In this document: positions 22,120 through 32,069 of the stretch, piece after piece | Position numbering within the stretch: position 1 is the first letter of the stretch | Layout of the letters: each line of letters opens with the position of its first letter | Source of the DNA: an uncultured delta proteobacterium | GTDB lineage: Bacteria; Myxococcota; Myxococcia; Myxococcales; Myxococcaceae | DNA length: 64,000 bases | Assembly: GCA_963771175.1 (NCBI GenBank) | Contig: CAVYSY010000032.1 | Span: 224,001 to 288,000, forward strand | Direction of reading: 5' to 3' | The notes under the pieces: generated by a model | The model's input: only the letters and a program-made list of their open reading frames with translations | What the model was told of the DNA's origin: nothing | Databases searched by the model: none | Made by a program: the position numbers and the translations under genes

Positions 22120-22309
22120 GGCGGCTGACTACCTCCTCCAGGAATGGACCTCGGTGGACCTTACACCATCCCACCGTCTTTCCACGTCATGGCATGCATC
22201 CCGGGTCTACGCACGGTGAACGACGGTGATTGCCAGGTGACTTCCGGGGCCCCGGGGGTTCGCCCGGAGAGCGAACGGGCGAGGCGCCCCTCGTGCCGAA
22301 CCCGGAGCC

Positions 22310-23638
22310 TCAGCGGGCCCGAGCCACGATGCGGGTGGCCTGCTGGCGGGCGTTGGAGGCCACGGAAGCCTCGTCCAGGGTGAGCAGGACCCGGTCCTTG
22401 AGGACGAGCTTCCCGTCAATGAGCACGTGGCGGACGTCGGTGGAGCGGGCCGCGTAGACGAGCGGCGAGAGCACGTCCCGGGGCTCCATCGGGGTGGAAT
22501 GGAGGCCGGAGAGGTCCACCACGGTGATGTCCGCGCGCTTGCCCTCCTCCAGCGAGCCCACCTCCGCCTCCAGGCCCAGCGCCCGCGCCCCGCCCAGGGT
22601 GGCCATCTCCAGCACCCGCTCGGGCGGCATGCCCCGGGGCCCCACCCGCGGCTTGTGCAGCAGCGCCGCCAGCCGCATCTCCTGGAACATGTCCAGGTTG
22701 TTGTTGCACGGGGCCCCGTCCGCCCCGAGGCACACGGTCACCCCGGCATCCAGCAGCTCGGGCACCGGGGCGATGCCCGAGGCCAGCTTGAGGTTGGAGC
22801 CCGGGCAGTGGCACACCACCGTGCGCGTGTCCCGCAGCAGCCGCTGCTCCTCCTCGGAGAGCCACACGCAGTGGGCCAGCGTCACGTGGGGGCCGGTGAA
22901 GCCCACCTCGTGGAAGTACGCCACGTTGTCCCGGCCCACGCGCTCGCGCACCACCTGCACCTCGGTGCGGTTCTCGCTGGCGTGGGTGTGGATGCGCACG
23001 CCCTTCTCCCGGGCCAGGCGCCCCACCTCCTTCATCAGCTTCTCCGTACAGGAGAGGACGAAGCGGGGCGCGAAGGCGTAGCGCAGCCGGCCCCCATGGG
23101 TGCCATGCCAGCGCTCCAGCAGCGCGAGGCTCTCGGCCAGCGAGGCCTCCGTGGACTCGTGCAGGCCCATGGGCACGTCGGGCGCGTCCATCATCGCCTT
23201 GCCGCCGGTGAGCCGGAAGCCGCAGTCCCGGGCGGACTCGAAGACGGCGTCGTAGTGGCGCACCGTGCCCATGTCGAGCGCGCCCGTGGCCCCGGACTGG
23301 ATGAGCTCCGCGAAGGTGAGGTCCGCCGAGGCCCTCATGGAGTCCGCGTCGTGCGCGGCCTCGAAGGGCCAGATGCGCTCGCGCAGCCAGTCCAGCAGCT
23401 CCAGCCCATCGGCACGGTTGCGGAAGAGCGTCTGGCAGGCGTGCAGGTGACCATGGATGAGGCCGGGCATCACCACCTTGCCGGTGACGTCCAGCACGCG
23501 CAGGCCCGCGCCCCGGGTGCGGAGGTTCCGCCCCACCCGGGCGATGCGCCCATCCTGGACGAGAACATCTGCCTCCGCGAGCACCTCGCGCCCGCGGTTC
23601 ATGGTGATGACGGTGCCGTTGGTGAGCAGCAGATCCAC
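22310..23638 (-). CDS. Amidohydrolase (MTA/SAH/5'-deoxyadenosine deaminase-like)
   Basis: [38 protein letters not shown]. Confidence 0.85.
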   Translation of the reverse strand: MDLLLTNGTVITMNRGREVLAEADVLVQDGRIARVGRNLRTRGAGLRVLDVTGKVVMPGLIHGHLHACQTLFRNRADGLELLDWLRERIWPFEAAHDADSMRASADLTFAELIQSGATGALDMGTVRHYDAVFESARDCGFRLTGGKAMMDAPDVPMGLHESTEASLAESLALLERWHGTHGGRLRYAFAPRFVLSCTEKLMKEVGRLAREKGVRIHTHASENRTEVQVVRERVGRDNVAYFHEVGFTGPHVTLAHCVWLSEEEQRLLRDTRTVVCHCPGSNLKLASGIAPVPELLDAGVTVCLGADGAPCNNNLDMFQEMRLAALLHKPRVGPRGMPPERVLEMATLGGARALGLEAEVGSLEEGKRADITVVDLSGLHSTPMEPRDVLSPLVYAARSTDVRHVLIDGKLVLKDRVLLTLDEASVASNARQQATRIVARAR

Positions 23639-23661
23639 GCTTCGTCCCGGGGTGTAGAGGC

Positions 23662-24066
23662 TCAGAGGAAGTCGCTCGTGAAGGCGTGGGGCAGCAGCTC
23701 CCCGAGGGTGTAGCGCGCCTCATCGCCCTTCAGGTTGCGGCTGCGCACGGGCAGCTCCTTCGGGGCGAACTCCATCATCACCTGACGGCACATGCCGCAC
23801 GGCGGGCAGGGGGTGGGCGTGTCCACCACGATGGCCACCGCCACCGGCTTGCCACGGCCCTGCGCCACTCCGGCCGCGAACGCACTGCGCTCGGCGCACA
23901 CGGACAGCCCGTAGGAGGAGTTCTCCACGTTGCAGCCCGTCACCACCGAACCATCCGCGTAGAGCACCGCCGCGCCCACGGGGAAGCGCGAATAGGGCGC
24001 GTGCGCGCGCTCGCGCACCTGCGTGGCCAGCTCGAACAACTTCTCCCAGGGAAGGTCCGCGCTCAT
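23662..24066 (-). CDS. cdd: Cytidine deaminase
   Basis: APYSRFPVGAA, NVENSSY, CAER, PCGMCRQ. Confidence 0.95.
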   Translation of the reverse strand: MSADLPWEKLFELATQVRERAHAPYSRFPVGAAVLYADGSVVTGCNVENSSYGLSVCAERSAFAAGVAQGRGKPVAVAIVVDTPTPCPPCGMCRQVMMEFAPKELPVRSRNLKGDEARYTLGELLPHAFTSDFL

Positions 24067-24443
24067 GCCCCACCTCCCGACTGGGACTCCGCCAGCTCGA
24101 GGTCATCGAGGTAGCGGGCGATGCTCATCTCCGCCTCCACCGGCAGCTCCAGGAAGCGCACGTGCGAGGACGACCCGCGCGAGCCATGCCCCACGTGGAG
24201 CACCTCGCCACGGGCCTGGATCTCCTCGCTGGAGCCGGGCAGGAGGATGCGCACCTCCACCTTCGTCCCCACCGACAGGGCCGCGCCGTACCAGGCGAAG
24301 CCCCCGAGCGAGAGATTGCCCTCCCGGGGCTCGAAGGTGTCCGAGGTGCCCGCACGCCGCACGCTCAAGCGCATCGCCACCCGGGGGGAGTCGCGCCGGT
24401 CATTCCCAGGCTGCTGGCCGTTATCCTTGGACTGCTCGCTCAT
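24063..24443 (-). CDS. Stand-alone PilZ domain protein
   Basis: RRDSPR (RxxxR) and NLSLGG ([D/N]xSxxG). Confidence 0.85.
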   Translation of the reverse strand: MSEQSKDNGQQPGNDRRDSPRVAMRLSVRRAGTSDTFEPREGNLSLGGFAWYGAALSVGTKVEVRILLPGSSEEIQARGEVLHVGHGSRGSSSHVRFLELPVEAEMSIARYLDDLELAESQSGGGA

Positions 24444-25297
24444 GCCTTGCTCGCTCCCGCACGGGCTACCGTGGGCAGGAAGTCCTCGAGGAGTTGGGTG
24501 AAGAGGCCCTTCACCCGGTGGGCGGTCTCCGCCACTTCCTCATGTGTCAGGGGCTTGTTGCCAATGCCCGCCGCCAGATTGGTGATGCAGCTCACTCCCG
24601 CCACGCGCACGCCCATGTGGTTGGCGGCGATGACCTCGGGCACGGTGCTCATGCCCACCGCGTCCGCGCCCATCAGGCGCAGCATGCGAATCTCGGCCGG
24701 CGTCTCGTAGGACGGGCCAGAGAGGATGGCGTAGACCCCCTGCTTGAGCGCCACGCCGGTGCGCGTCCCCGACTCCAGGAGCTGCGCCCGCAGGGCCGCC
24801 GGATAGGCCGTGGTCATGTCCGGGAAGCGAGGTCCCAGCCGCTCGTCGTTGGGCCCGCTCAGCGGGTTGTACCCCGAGAGATTCAGGTGGTCGGTGATGA
24901 CCATCAGGTCGCCTGACTGGAAGTCCAGGTTCACACCGCCCGCGGCGTTGGTCACCACCAGGGTGTGGATTCCGAGCGCGCACAGCACCCGGGCGGGGAA
25001 GGCCACCTGGGCCGGGGTGTAGCCCTCGTAGGCATGGACGCGGCCCTGCATGGCCACCACCGGCTCGCCTCGCACGCGGCCCAGCACCAGCCGGCCCGCA
25101 TGGCCCGGCACCGACGAGTGGGGAAAGTGGGGCAGCTCCGAGTACGGAACGACCACCTTGTCCTCGAAGCCGTCGGCGAAATCGCCCAGCCCGCTCCCGA
25201 GGATGATCCCCACCTTCGGCGAGATACCGCCCGCACGGGCTCGGATGGCCAGCGCTGTCTCATGCACCTGTTCGTAGAGCCCCATCGTCCGCCCCAT
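24440..25297 (-). CDS. punA: Purine nucleoside phosphorylase, trimeric type (start may be 25285)
   Basis: GIILGSGLG, QGRVHAYEG, GPSYETPAE, GMSTVPE. Confidence 0.95.
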   Translation of the reverse strand: MGRTMGLYEQVHETALAIRARAGGISPKVGIILGSGLGDFADGFEDKVVVPYSELPHFPHSSVPGHAGRLVLGRVRGEPVVAMQGRVHAYEGYTPAQVAFPARVLCALGIHTLVVTNAAGGVNLDFQSGDLMVITDHLNLSGYNPLSGPNDERLGPRFPDMTTAYPAALRAQLLESGTRTGVALKQGVYAILSGPSYETPAEIRMLRLMGADAVGMSTVPEVIAANHMGVRVAGVSCITNLAAGIGNKPLTHEEVAETAHRVKGLFTQLLEDFLPTVARAGASKA

Positions 25298-25665
25298 CAT
25301 ACCCACACCCGCGCGCTCCGCACGGACTCACGATGGGCGAAATGACATCGCTGAACACACGACACCTCCCAGGCGCGCCCCAGAGCCTCGCCAGGGGAGC
25401 CGTGCCTCACCGGGGCTTGCGCCCCCGGGCCTCTCTTCCAAGGAGACGATGACCGGAAGCCCGCGACATGGCGCCGGCGCGCCACGGAGTTGGAGCAGCG
25501 GGAGCCGAGCGGCGACTCCAGCCGGCTCGGCCCTCAACATCGAGGCGCACGGGAGGAACTGGAGTCCCCCTTCTTAGGAACATCCACGCTCGTGCTCAAA
25601 TGCGGTGCCCATGTGTCGGACACATCGCGGCGGCGGAGGGCGTGATGCGGAAAGCCGGGAGGGAA

Positions 25666-27375
25666 ATGACACGCAGTGGATGCTGGTACTTGCTGACGGT
25701 GAGCCTGGCGGTACTGGTGGTGCAGGGATGCGCCACGGTCCGGGAAGAGCATGGAAGCGCACTCTTCCTGCGCCGTGGGACGTTGACAGCGGAAGAGTCA
25801 CCCCATCCCATCATTCGCCATGACACCACGCCACCAATTGACCCCCGGGAGACGCTGGGCGAGGCACGCCGAGCCGAGGTCGAGTGGGCGCTGGCGCACA
25901 TGTGGGGGCTGGCCAGCAGTGAAGAGCAGGTGGGCACGAGCCTGAAACTCACCTTCTGGGCCGAGGGTGGAGCACTCACCCTATTGTCCTGGCGACGTAC
26001 CGCGACCGGAGAGGAAGAGGGCCAGCCAACGAACAGGGAGGTCTTCGCAGACAGCCTGCGCGGACTGCTCGCCCAACTCACCGAGCGGCGAACCGGCGCA
26101 CTCTCCTTCACTCTGCACCGGGAGCGGAGCCGCTGGCGGGTGGATTACGAGGCGGCCACGGTCGAGAGGCCATCGGAGGCGAGACCTCAACCGATGCGGC
26201 GCACGGGCTACCCGGCCGAGACACTCCCTGTAATCCATACCGTGGCCAGGAAGTTGACACGTTTCCTCCAGGTGCCCTCGGGCGCATCCGCTCGCCTGAC
26301 CGTGGACGTGGCGTTGGAGGACGACCGCATCACCAACTCGGAACCTGGACCCTACTCCGCCACAGCCGGAGGCACGGCACGGCCCGCGGCCGCTCAGGCG
26401 GTCGAGACCTTTTCCCTGGCCCTGCTGCCCTTCACTCGTGGACTGGGCTCGCGCATCGTGCGCTTGGAGTTGGTCGGCACACACGAAGGGTCGGACAACA
26501 CCGCACGCTGGCGGGTAGCGAGCGTGGAGACGCTGCGACCGGAACCATCAGATGAGGCAGTCGAGGACGTACTGCGCGAGTACCGACATCTGCACGCGGA
26601 AATCTTCCGCCGCTACCGCGAGGAGATGGAGGACACCGTGGTGCTGGCGGGCGCCTTCACCCTGGAGCAGGTGGCATTGACGGTCATCGGAGGCCTGATA
26701 GGCAAAGGGTTGCACATGGCCTTCGAGGCCGCCGCCCCCACGCTCATGAGAATGTTCTCTCGGGGAGGAACGGAGGCGGTGCGGTGGTTCCGCACGCAAC
26801 TCGTCCGAGCAGGGCGTACGGATCAAGAGTTGCTACGGAAGCTGTGGATGAAGGTGGAGACGGAGGGATTCGAAGCGCTCTCCGTCACCGAGCGTCAGGA
26901 GCTCACGGCACTTCTGCGGCGTATGGAGCACACACTCACGAAGCAACTGAGCCCGGGTGAAATCAAGCAGCTCAGGAAATATGCACGTGAGGATTACTTC
27001 CAGAAGTTCCACCCGGACTTCGCTGAGACACTGGGGAAGGAACTGGTGAACCTGTATGAGGTCCATCATCGAGCGCCCATGGAATTCGCCCACTTGTTTC
27101 CCATGCTCGACATCAACGGCAGAGCCAATCTCGCGGGCGTCGCCAGACCCGTACATCAGAGCATCAACAAGGTGTGGAACGCGTTCCGTCCCCCACCCGG
27201 CACCAGAGTCACGACCGAACAGGTCGAGCAGATGGTAGGCATCGTCGATCGGCATTTCGCCCGCTGGTACGACAAAATGTACGACGCCGGCATGTACGAG
27301 ACGCTCGATGCAGCCGAGCGAGCAGCCCTCGCTGAAGTCTCGGAGCTGCTTACCCGACTGGGGAGAGGAAGGTAG
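25666..27375 (+). CDS. Lipoprotein with C-terminal His-Me-finger/HNH-like domain; putative polymorphic toxin
   Basis: GGAGGG RBS, VQG|CATV lipobox, internal hydrophobic helix, C-terminal EVHH...DIN..ANL...H..IN..W. Confidence 0.7.
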   Translation: MTRSGCWYLLTVSLAVLVVQGCATVREEHGSALFLRRGTLTAEESPHPIIRHDTTPPIDPRETLGEARRAEVEWALAHMWGLASSEEQVGTSLKLTFWAEGGALTLLSWRRTATGEEEGQPTNREVFADSLRGLLAQLTERRTGALSFTLHRERSRWRVDYEAATVERPSEARPQPMRRTGYPAETLPVIHTVARKLTRFLQVPSGASARLTVDVALEDDRITNSEPGPYSATAGGTARPAAAQAVETFSLALLPFTRGLGSRIVRLELVGTHEGSDNTARWRVASVETLRPEPSDEAVEDVLREYRHLHAEIFRRYREEMEDTVVLAGAFTLEQVALTVIGGLIGKGLHMAFEAAAPTLMRMFSRGGTEAVRWFRTQLVRAGRTDQELLRKLWMKVETEGFEALSVTERQELTALLRRMEHTLTKQLSPGEIKQLRKYAREDYFQKFHPDFAETLGKELVNLYEVHHRAPMEFAHLFPMLDINGRANLAGVARPVHQSINKVWNAFRPPPGTRVTTEQVEQMVGIVDRHFARWYDKMYDAGMYETLDAAERAALAEVSELLTRLGRGR

Positions 27376-27377
27376 GA

Positions 27378-28022
27378 ATGAACGCCGACGTTCCATTGCC
27401 CGGCCTGTCGCGCCTGCTCCAGGTGTGCCGGAAGCACGGTTTTTCACTGGAGCTCTCTCCCCCGGAGACATCCGCACCATCTGCGGGAGAACCATTCCTG
27501 GGCGCACCTTTCGACCCGATGCTCGCCGCCACCTATGCGCACCTGGGAGGGGGAGTGCTGGGGGACTTCGTCCTCTACAAGCCCGGCCCACAGGAGTACG
27601 GCCTCGCCAGAACGAACGAAGGGATGCGTCGGGACGACGTAGAGCCATTCCGTTCGTCGCTCATCTTCGGGCAGGAGCCCAGCCTCGCCTACTACTACGC
27701 CACCGTCCCCAAGCTGGCGGATGCCCAGGGCACCCAGCCGGTCATCTACATCGACACTCATGACCAGATGTTCGTCCTGCCCGTCGCATCCAGCGTCGAT
27801 CGCTTCTTCGATGTCCTCTCGAGGTATCTCGAAGCCGTGGCGGTAGACCCACAGTACGTGGAGGAGAGCCACTCCAGCCGCTCATTTCCGTGGGACGTCC
27901 CCGAGCTCATCGCGCGGGACGAGCCCCTGGTCCAGATGGTGGAGGCCCACCGCTTCGACTTCCTGCTGAAGGATGACGAGCACACCCGGGGATGGCTCGC
28001 CCGGGTGCGTCATGCCAAGTAA
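27378..28022 (+). CDS. SUKH/SMI1-KNR4-like immunity protein
   Basis: Starts 2 nt after the toxin stop; DPMLAATY, LIFG...YY...QPVIYID...PVASSVDRFF. Confidence 0.65.
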   Translation: MNADVPLPGLSRLLQVCRKHGFSLELSPPETSAPSAGEPFLGAPFDPMLAATYAHLGGGVLGDFVLYKPGPQEYGLARTNEGMRRDDVEPFRSSLIFGQEPSLAYYYATVPKLADAQGTQPVIYIDTHDQMFVLPVASSVDRFFDVLSRYLEAVAVDPQYVEESHSSRSFPWDVPELIARDEPLVQMVEAHRFDFLLKDDEHTRGWLARVRHAK

Positions 28023-29327
28023 CTACTCCAGCCGCTCCACCACCAGCGGTCGAGGCGCGGGGGCCTCGGGCCCGTAGTGGTACGACGCGAGCAGTCGAGC
28101 CTTCACCTCCTCCACGGGAGCCGGGTCGTTGTAGTGCACTCGAACCACCGGCTCCCCCGCCTTCACGGGCTCGCCCACCTTTCGCAGCAGGGTGAAGCCC
28201 ACGGCCGGGTCGATGGGGCTGTCCACCCGCTGGCGTCCCGCCCCCAGCGCCACCGCCGCCAGGCCCACGCCCTCCGTGTCGATGGCGGTGACGAAGCCGT
28301 CCTGCGTCGCCACCACGTCCATCGAGGAGCTCGCCCTCGGCAGCAGCCCGTAGTCGTCGATGGCCCGCGGGTCTCCGCCCTGCGCCCAGACGATCTCCTT
28401 CAGCTTGCGCACCGCGCTGCCGTCCTCCACCGCCTTCTGCAGCTTCTGACGCGCCTCGGCGATGGAGGCCGCCTTGCCGCCCAGCACCAGCATCTCCGCG
28501 GTGAGGGCCAGCGTCACCTCGGTGTAGTCCGCCGGAGCCTTGCCGCGCAGCATCTCCACGGCCTCGATGATCTCCAGCGCGTTGCCCACCGATCGGCCCA
28601 GCGGCTGGTCCATGTCCGTGAGGAGCGCCGTCACCTTGCGGCCCATCTCCGCGCCGATGCCAATCATCGTGCGGGCCAGCAGACGCGCGTCCTCCACCTT
28701 CTTCATGAAGGCGCCGCTGCCCACCTTCACGTCCAGCACCAGCGCGTCGATGCCCTCCGCCAGCTTCTTGCTCATGATGGAGCTGGCGATGAGCGGAATG
28801 CAGTCCACCGTGGCCGTCACGTCCCGCAGCGCGTAGAGCTTCTTGTCCGCGGGGGCGATGGCGGCCGTCTGGCCGATGAGGCAGCAGCCCACCTCGCGCA
28901 CCAGCCGGCGGTACTCGGGCACCGGCACGTCCATCTTGAAGCCGGGGATGGACTGCAGCTTGTCCACCGTCCCTCCGGTGTGCCCCAGGCCCCGGCCCGA
29001 AATCATCGGCACCGGCACCCCGCAGGCGGCCGCCAGGGGCGCCAGACTCACCGACACCTTGTCCCCCACCCCACCCGTGGAGTGCTTGTCCACCTTCACG
29101 CCGGGTGTTTCCGACAGGTCCACCACCTCGCCGGACTCGAGCATCGCCCGCGTCCAGGCGCCCAGCTCCACCGCGTCCATCCCTCGGAAGAAGACCGCCA
29201 TGCAGAGGGCGGACATCTGGTAATCCGGCACCGTCCCCGCCGTATACGCCTCGATGAACGCCCGGATGTCCTCGGGCGCCAGCCGCTTCCCGTCCCGCTT
29301 CGCCTTGATGAGCTCGTAGGGTCTCAC
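28023..29327 (-). CDS. pdp: Pyrimidine-nucleoside (thymidine) phosphorylase
   Basis: DKHSTGGVGDK, SGRGLGHTGGT, IASSIMSKK, DVKVGSGAFMK. Confidence 0.95.
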   Translation of the reverse strand: MRPYELIKAKRDGKRLAPEDIRAFIEAYTAGTVPDYQMSALCMAVFFRGMDAVELGAWTRAMLESGEVVDLSETPGVKVDKHSTGGVGDKVSVSLAPLAAACGVPVPMISGRGLGHTGGTVDKLQSIPGFKMDVPVPEYRRLVREVGCCLIGQTAAIAPADKKLYALRDVTATVDCIPLIASSIMSKKLAEGIDALVLDVKVGSGAFMKKVEDARLLARTMIGIGAEMGRKVTALLTDMDQPLGRSVGNALEIIEAVEMLRGKAPADYTEVTLALTAEMLVLGGKAASIAEARQKLQKAVEDGSAVRKLKEIVWAQGGDPRAIDDYGLLPRASSSMDVVATQDGFVTAIDTEGVGLAAVALGAGRQRVDSPIDPAVGFTLLRKVGEPVKAGEPVVRVHYNDPAPVEEVKARLLASYHYGPEAPAPRPLVVERLE

Positions 29328-29413
29328 GAGGACAGCCCATATCAGGAGGGAGGGCGGGCATGCACCGGGAGAGTAGTCGTCATCCGCCCCTCATCTGATA
29401 AAGGAGGACTGTC

Positions 29414-30934
29414 TTGATCTCCCTCCGGCACATCCACAAGCGCTTCGGCGCCGTGACCGCCCTGGACGACGTATCGCTGGACATCGGCACCGGGGAAGTC
29501 ATCGCCCTCGTGGGCGAGAACGGCGCCGGGAAGTCCACCCTGATGAACGTCCTCTACGGGCTCTACCAGGCCGACGCCGGAGAGGTGGTCGTCCAGGGCC
29601 AGCCCGTGCGCCTGCGCAGCCCCAAGGACGCCATCGCCCGGGGCATCGGCATGGTGCACCAGCACTTCATGCTCGTCCCCACCCTGACGGTGGCGGAGAA
29701 CGTGGTGCTCGGCCGCGAGCCCTCGCGCTGGGGCCGGATGGACCTGGACCGGGCGTGCGAGGAGGTGGCCGCCACCTGCGAGCGCTTCGGCTTCAAGCTG
29801 GACCCGCGCGCCCGGGTGGACACCCTCTCGGTGGGCTCGCAGCAGAAGGTGGAAATCGTCAAGGCGCTCCACCGGGGCGCCCAGGTGCTCATCCTCGACG
29901 AGCCCACCGCCGTGCTCACCCCGCAGGAGGCGGATGACCTCTTCCGGGTGGCACGCGAGCTGGCGGCCGGCGGGCGCACGGTGGTCTTCATCAGCCACAA
30001 GCTGCGCGAGGTGCTGAGCGTGGCCGAGCGGGTGGCGGTGATGAGGCGCGGGCGGCTGGTGGCCGAGGTGCGCGCCGCCAACACCCGCCCCGAGGCCCTG
30101 GCCGCGTTGATGGTGGGCGAGTCGCGCGTCCCCCACGCCGAGGCCCAGGCGTACCACCCCCCCGGGGGCGAGAAGCTGCTGGAGGCGAAGGACCTCCGGG
30201 CGCGAGGAGCGGACGGTCGGCCCGCGCTGCGCGGAGTCTCCCTGGAGGTCCACGCGGGCGAAATCGTGGGCATCGCCGGAGTGGACGGAAACGGCCAGCG
30301 GGAGCTCGCCGAGGTGCTCACGGGCCTGCGCACGCTGGACGGTGGAGGCGGCTCCCTGCTGGGTGCGCCGCTCGTGGACCTGACACCCGCCGAGGCCCGG
30401 CAACGCGGCGTGGGCCACGTGCCCGAGGACCGGCTGTTGCGCGCGGTGGTGAAGGCCATGAGCGTGGAGGAGAACGTGGCCCTGGGGAGGCAGGCGCAGG
30501 CGCCCTTCGCCAAGGGCGCGCGGGTGGATTTCGAGGGCCGACGCGAGCGCACCCGGGCGCTGCTCCAGGCCTATGACGTGCGGCCGCCGGACCCCGAGGT
30601 GCCGCTGCAGGTGCTCTCGGGCGGCAACCAGCAGAAGGTGGTGGTGGCGCGCGAGCTGGACGCGGCGCCGAAGCTGCTGGTGGTGGTGCAGCCCACGCGC
30701 GGCCTGGACATCGGCGCGGTGGCGCAGGTGCAGTCCAAGCTGCGCGAGGCGCGCGACCGGGGCGCCGGAGTACTGCTCGTCTCGTTGGACCTGGAGGAAG
30801 TCCTGGCGCTGGCCGATCGCATCTATGTCTTCTTCGAGGGGCGCATCACCGGAACCTTCACCCGGCCGGAGTTCGACGAGCGGGAGATCGGCTGTCGGAT
30901 GCTCGGCTCGGGGAAGGAGGTGGCCCATGGGTGA
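29414..30934 (+). CDS. Nucleoside/sugar (CUT2) ABC ATP-binding protein with two NBDs
   Basis: GENGAGKST, MVHQHFML, DEPTAVLTPQE, LSGGNQQK, QPTRGLD. Confidence 0.9.
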   Translation: MISLRHIHKRFGAVTALDDVSLDIGTGEVIALVGENGAGKSTLMNVLYGLYQADAGEVVVQGQPVRLRSPKDAIARGIGMVHQHFMLVPTLTVAENVVLGREPSRWGRMDLDRACEEVAATCERFGFKLDPRARVDTLSVGSQQKVEIVKALHRGAQVLILDEPTAVLTPQEADDLFRVARELAAGGRTVVFISHKLREVLSVAERVAVMRRGRLVAEVRAANTRPEALAALMVGESRVPHAEAQAYHPPGGEKLLEAKDLRARGADGRPALRGVSLEVHAGEIVGIAGVDGNGQRELAEVLTGLRTLDGGGGSLLGAPLVDLTPAEARQRGVGHVPEDRLLRAVVKAMSVEENVALGRQAQAPFAKGARVDFEGRRERTRALLQAYDVRPPDPEVPLQVLSGGNQQKVVVARELDAAPKLLVVVQPTRGLDIGAVAQVQSKLREARDRGAGVLLVSLDLEEVLALADRIYVFFEGRITGTFTRPEFDEREIGCRMLGSGKEVAHG

Positions 30935-32069
30935 GCGGCTGCGCCTGGTGCTCCCTTCCGTCTTCTCCGTGTTCCTGGCCCTGGCGGTGTGCTGGGTGTT
31001 CATCGCCCTCACGCGCGACGCGGAGACCGCCAGCGAGGCCTACCTGCAGATGCTCCGCGGCGGCCTGGGCGACTGGCCGATGTACCTCGACGGGGGCCGC
31101 ATCACCCTGCTGACCCGGCCCTTCGGAGAGGCGGCCATCAAGGCCTCCCTCCTGCTCCTCACCGGCCTGTCCGTCACGGTGGCCTTCAAGGTGGGCCTCT
31201 TCAACATCGGCGCCCAGGGGCAGATGCTGGTGGGCGCGCTCGCGGCGGCGGTGGTGGGCGCGCAACTTCAACTGCCCTCCGCGCTGCACGTGCTGGTGGC
31301 GCTGCTCGCGGCCTGCGTGGCGGGAGGCGTGTGGGCGCTCATCGCCGCGGGCCTCAAGCTCACCCGCGGCGTCCACGAGGTCATCTCCACCATCATGCTC
31401 AACTGGGTGGCGGTGAGCCTGGTGGACAACTGGCTGGTGGTGGGCCCCCTCCGGGCCGGCGCCGGCACCGGCCTGTCCACGACGGGCACCGCTGAGATCT
31501 CCGCCAGCGCGCAACTGCCCCGACTGCTCGGGGAGATGTCCCGGCTGAACCTCGGCTTCCCGCTGGCGCTGGCGGTGGCGCTGGCCATCTGGGTGTGGCT
31601 CGCGCGGTTGCGCTCGGGCTTCGAGACGCGCGCGGTGGGCCTGGGCGCCGAGGCGGCTCGGGCCGCGGGGATTTCCGTGGTGCGACGCACGGCCCAGGCC
31701 ATGGGCATGGCGGGCGCGCTCGCGGGTCTGGCCGGCGCGGTGCTGGTGCTCGGCACCGAGTTCAAGTACCCGGGCTCGCTGGGCGCCCCCTACGGCTTCG
31801 ACGGTATCGCCATCTCGCTCATCGGCGGCAACCACCCACTGGGCGTGGCCCTGTCCGCTCTCTTCTTCGGCGTGCTGCGCGCGGGCGGTACGCGCATGCA
31901 GCTCCTGGGCGTCCACAAGAGCTACCCCGAGCTCATCCAGGGCCTGGCACTGCTCTTCGTGGCGGGCCGGATGGTGTGGCTCGCCCTGCTGCGCGGACGG
32001 CAGGCGGCGGTGGCGCCCGTGGCTCCCGACAAGCAGCCGGAGCCGAGCCCGGAGGTGCCCCGTGCTTGA
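30927..32069 (+). CDS. Nucleoside ABC permease 1
   Basis: GLFNIGAQGQ, HEVISTIMLN, GFDGIA. Confidence 0.9.
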   Translation: MGERLRLVLPSVFSVFLALAVCWVFIALTRDAETASEAYLQMLRGGLGDWPMYLDGGRITLLTRPFGEAAIKASLLLLTGLSVTVAFKVGLFNIGAQGQMLVGALAAAVVGAQLQLPSALHVLVALLAACVAGGVWALIAAGLKLTRGVHEVISTIMLNWVAVSLVDNWLVVGPLRAGAGTGLSTTGTAEISASAQLPRLLGEMSRLNLGFPLALAVALAIWVWLARLRSGFETRAVGLGAEAARAAGISVVRRTAQAMGMAGALAGLAGAVLVLGTEFKYPGSLGAPYGFDGIAISLIGGNHPLGVALSALFFGVLRAGGTRMQLLGVHKSYPELIQGLALLFVAGRMVWLALLRGRQAAVAPVAPDKQPEPSPEVPRA

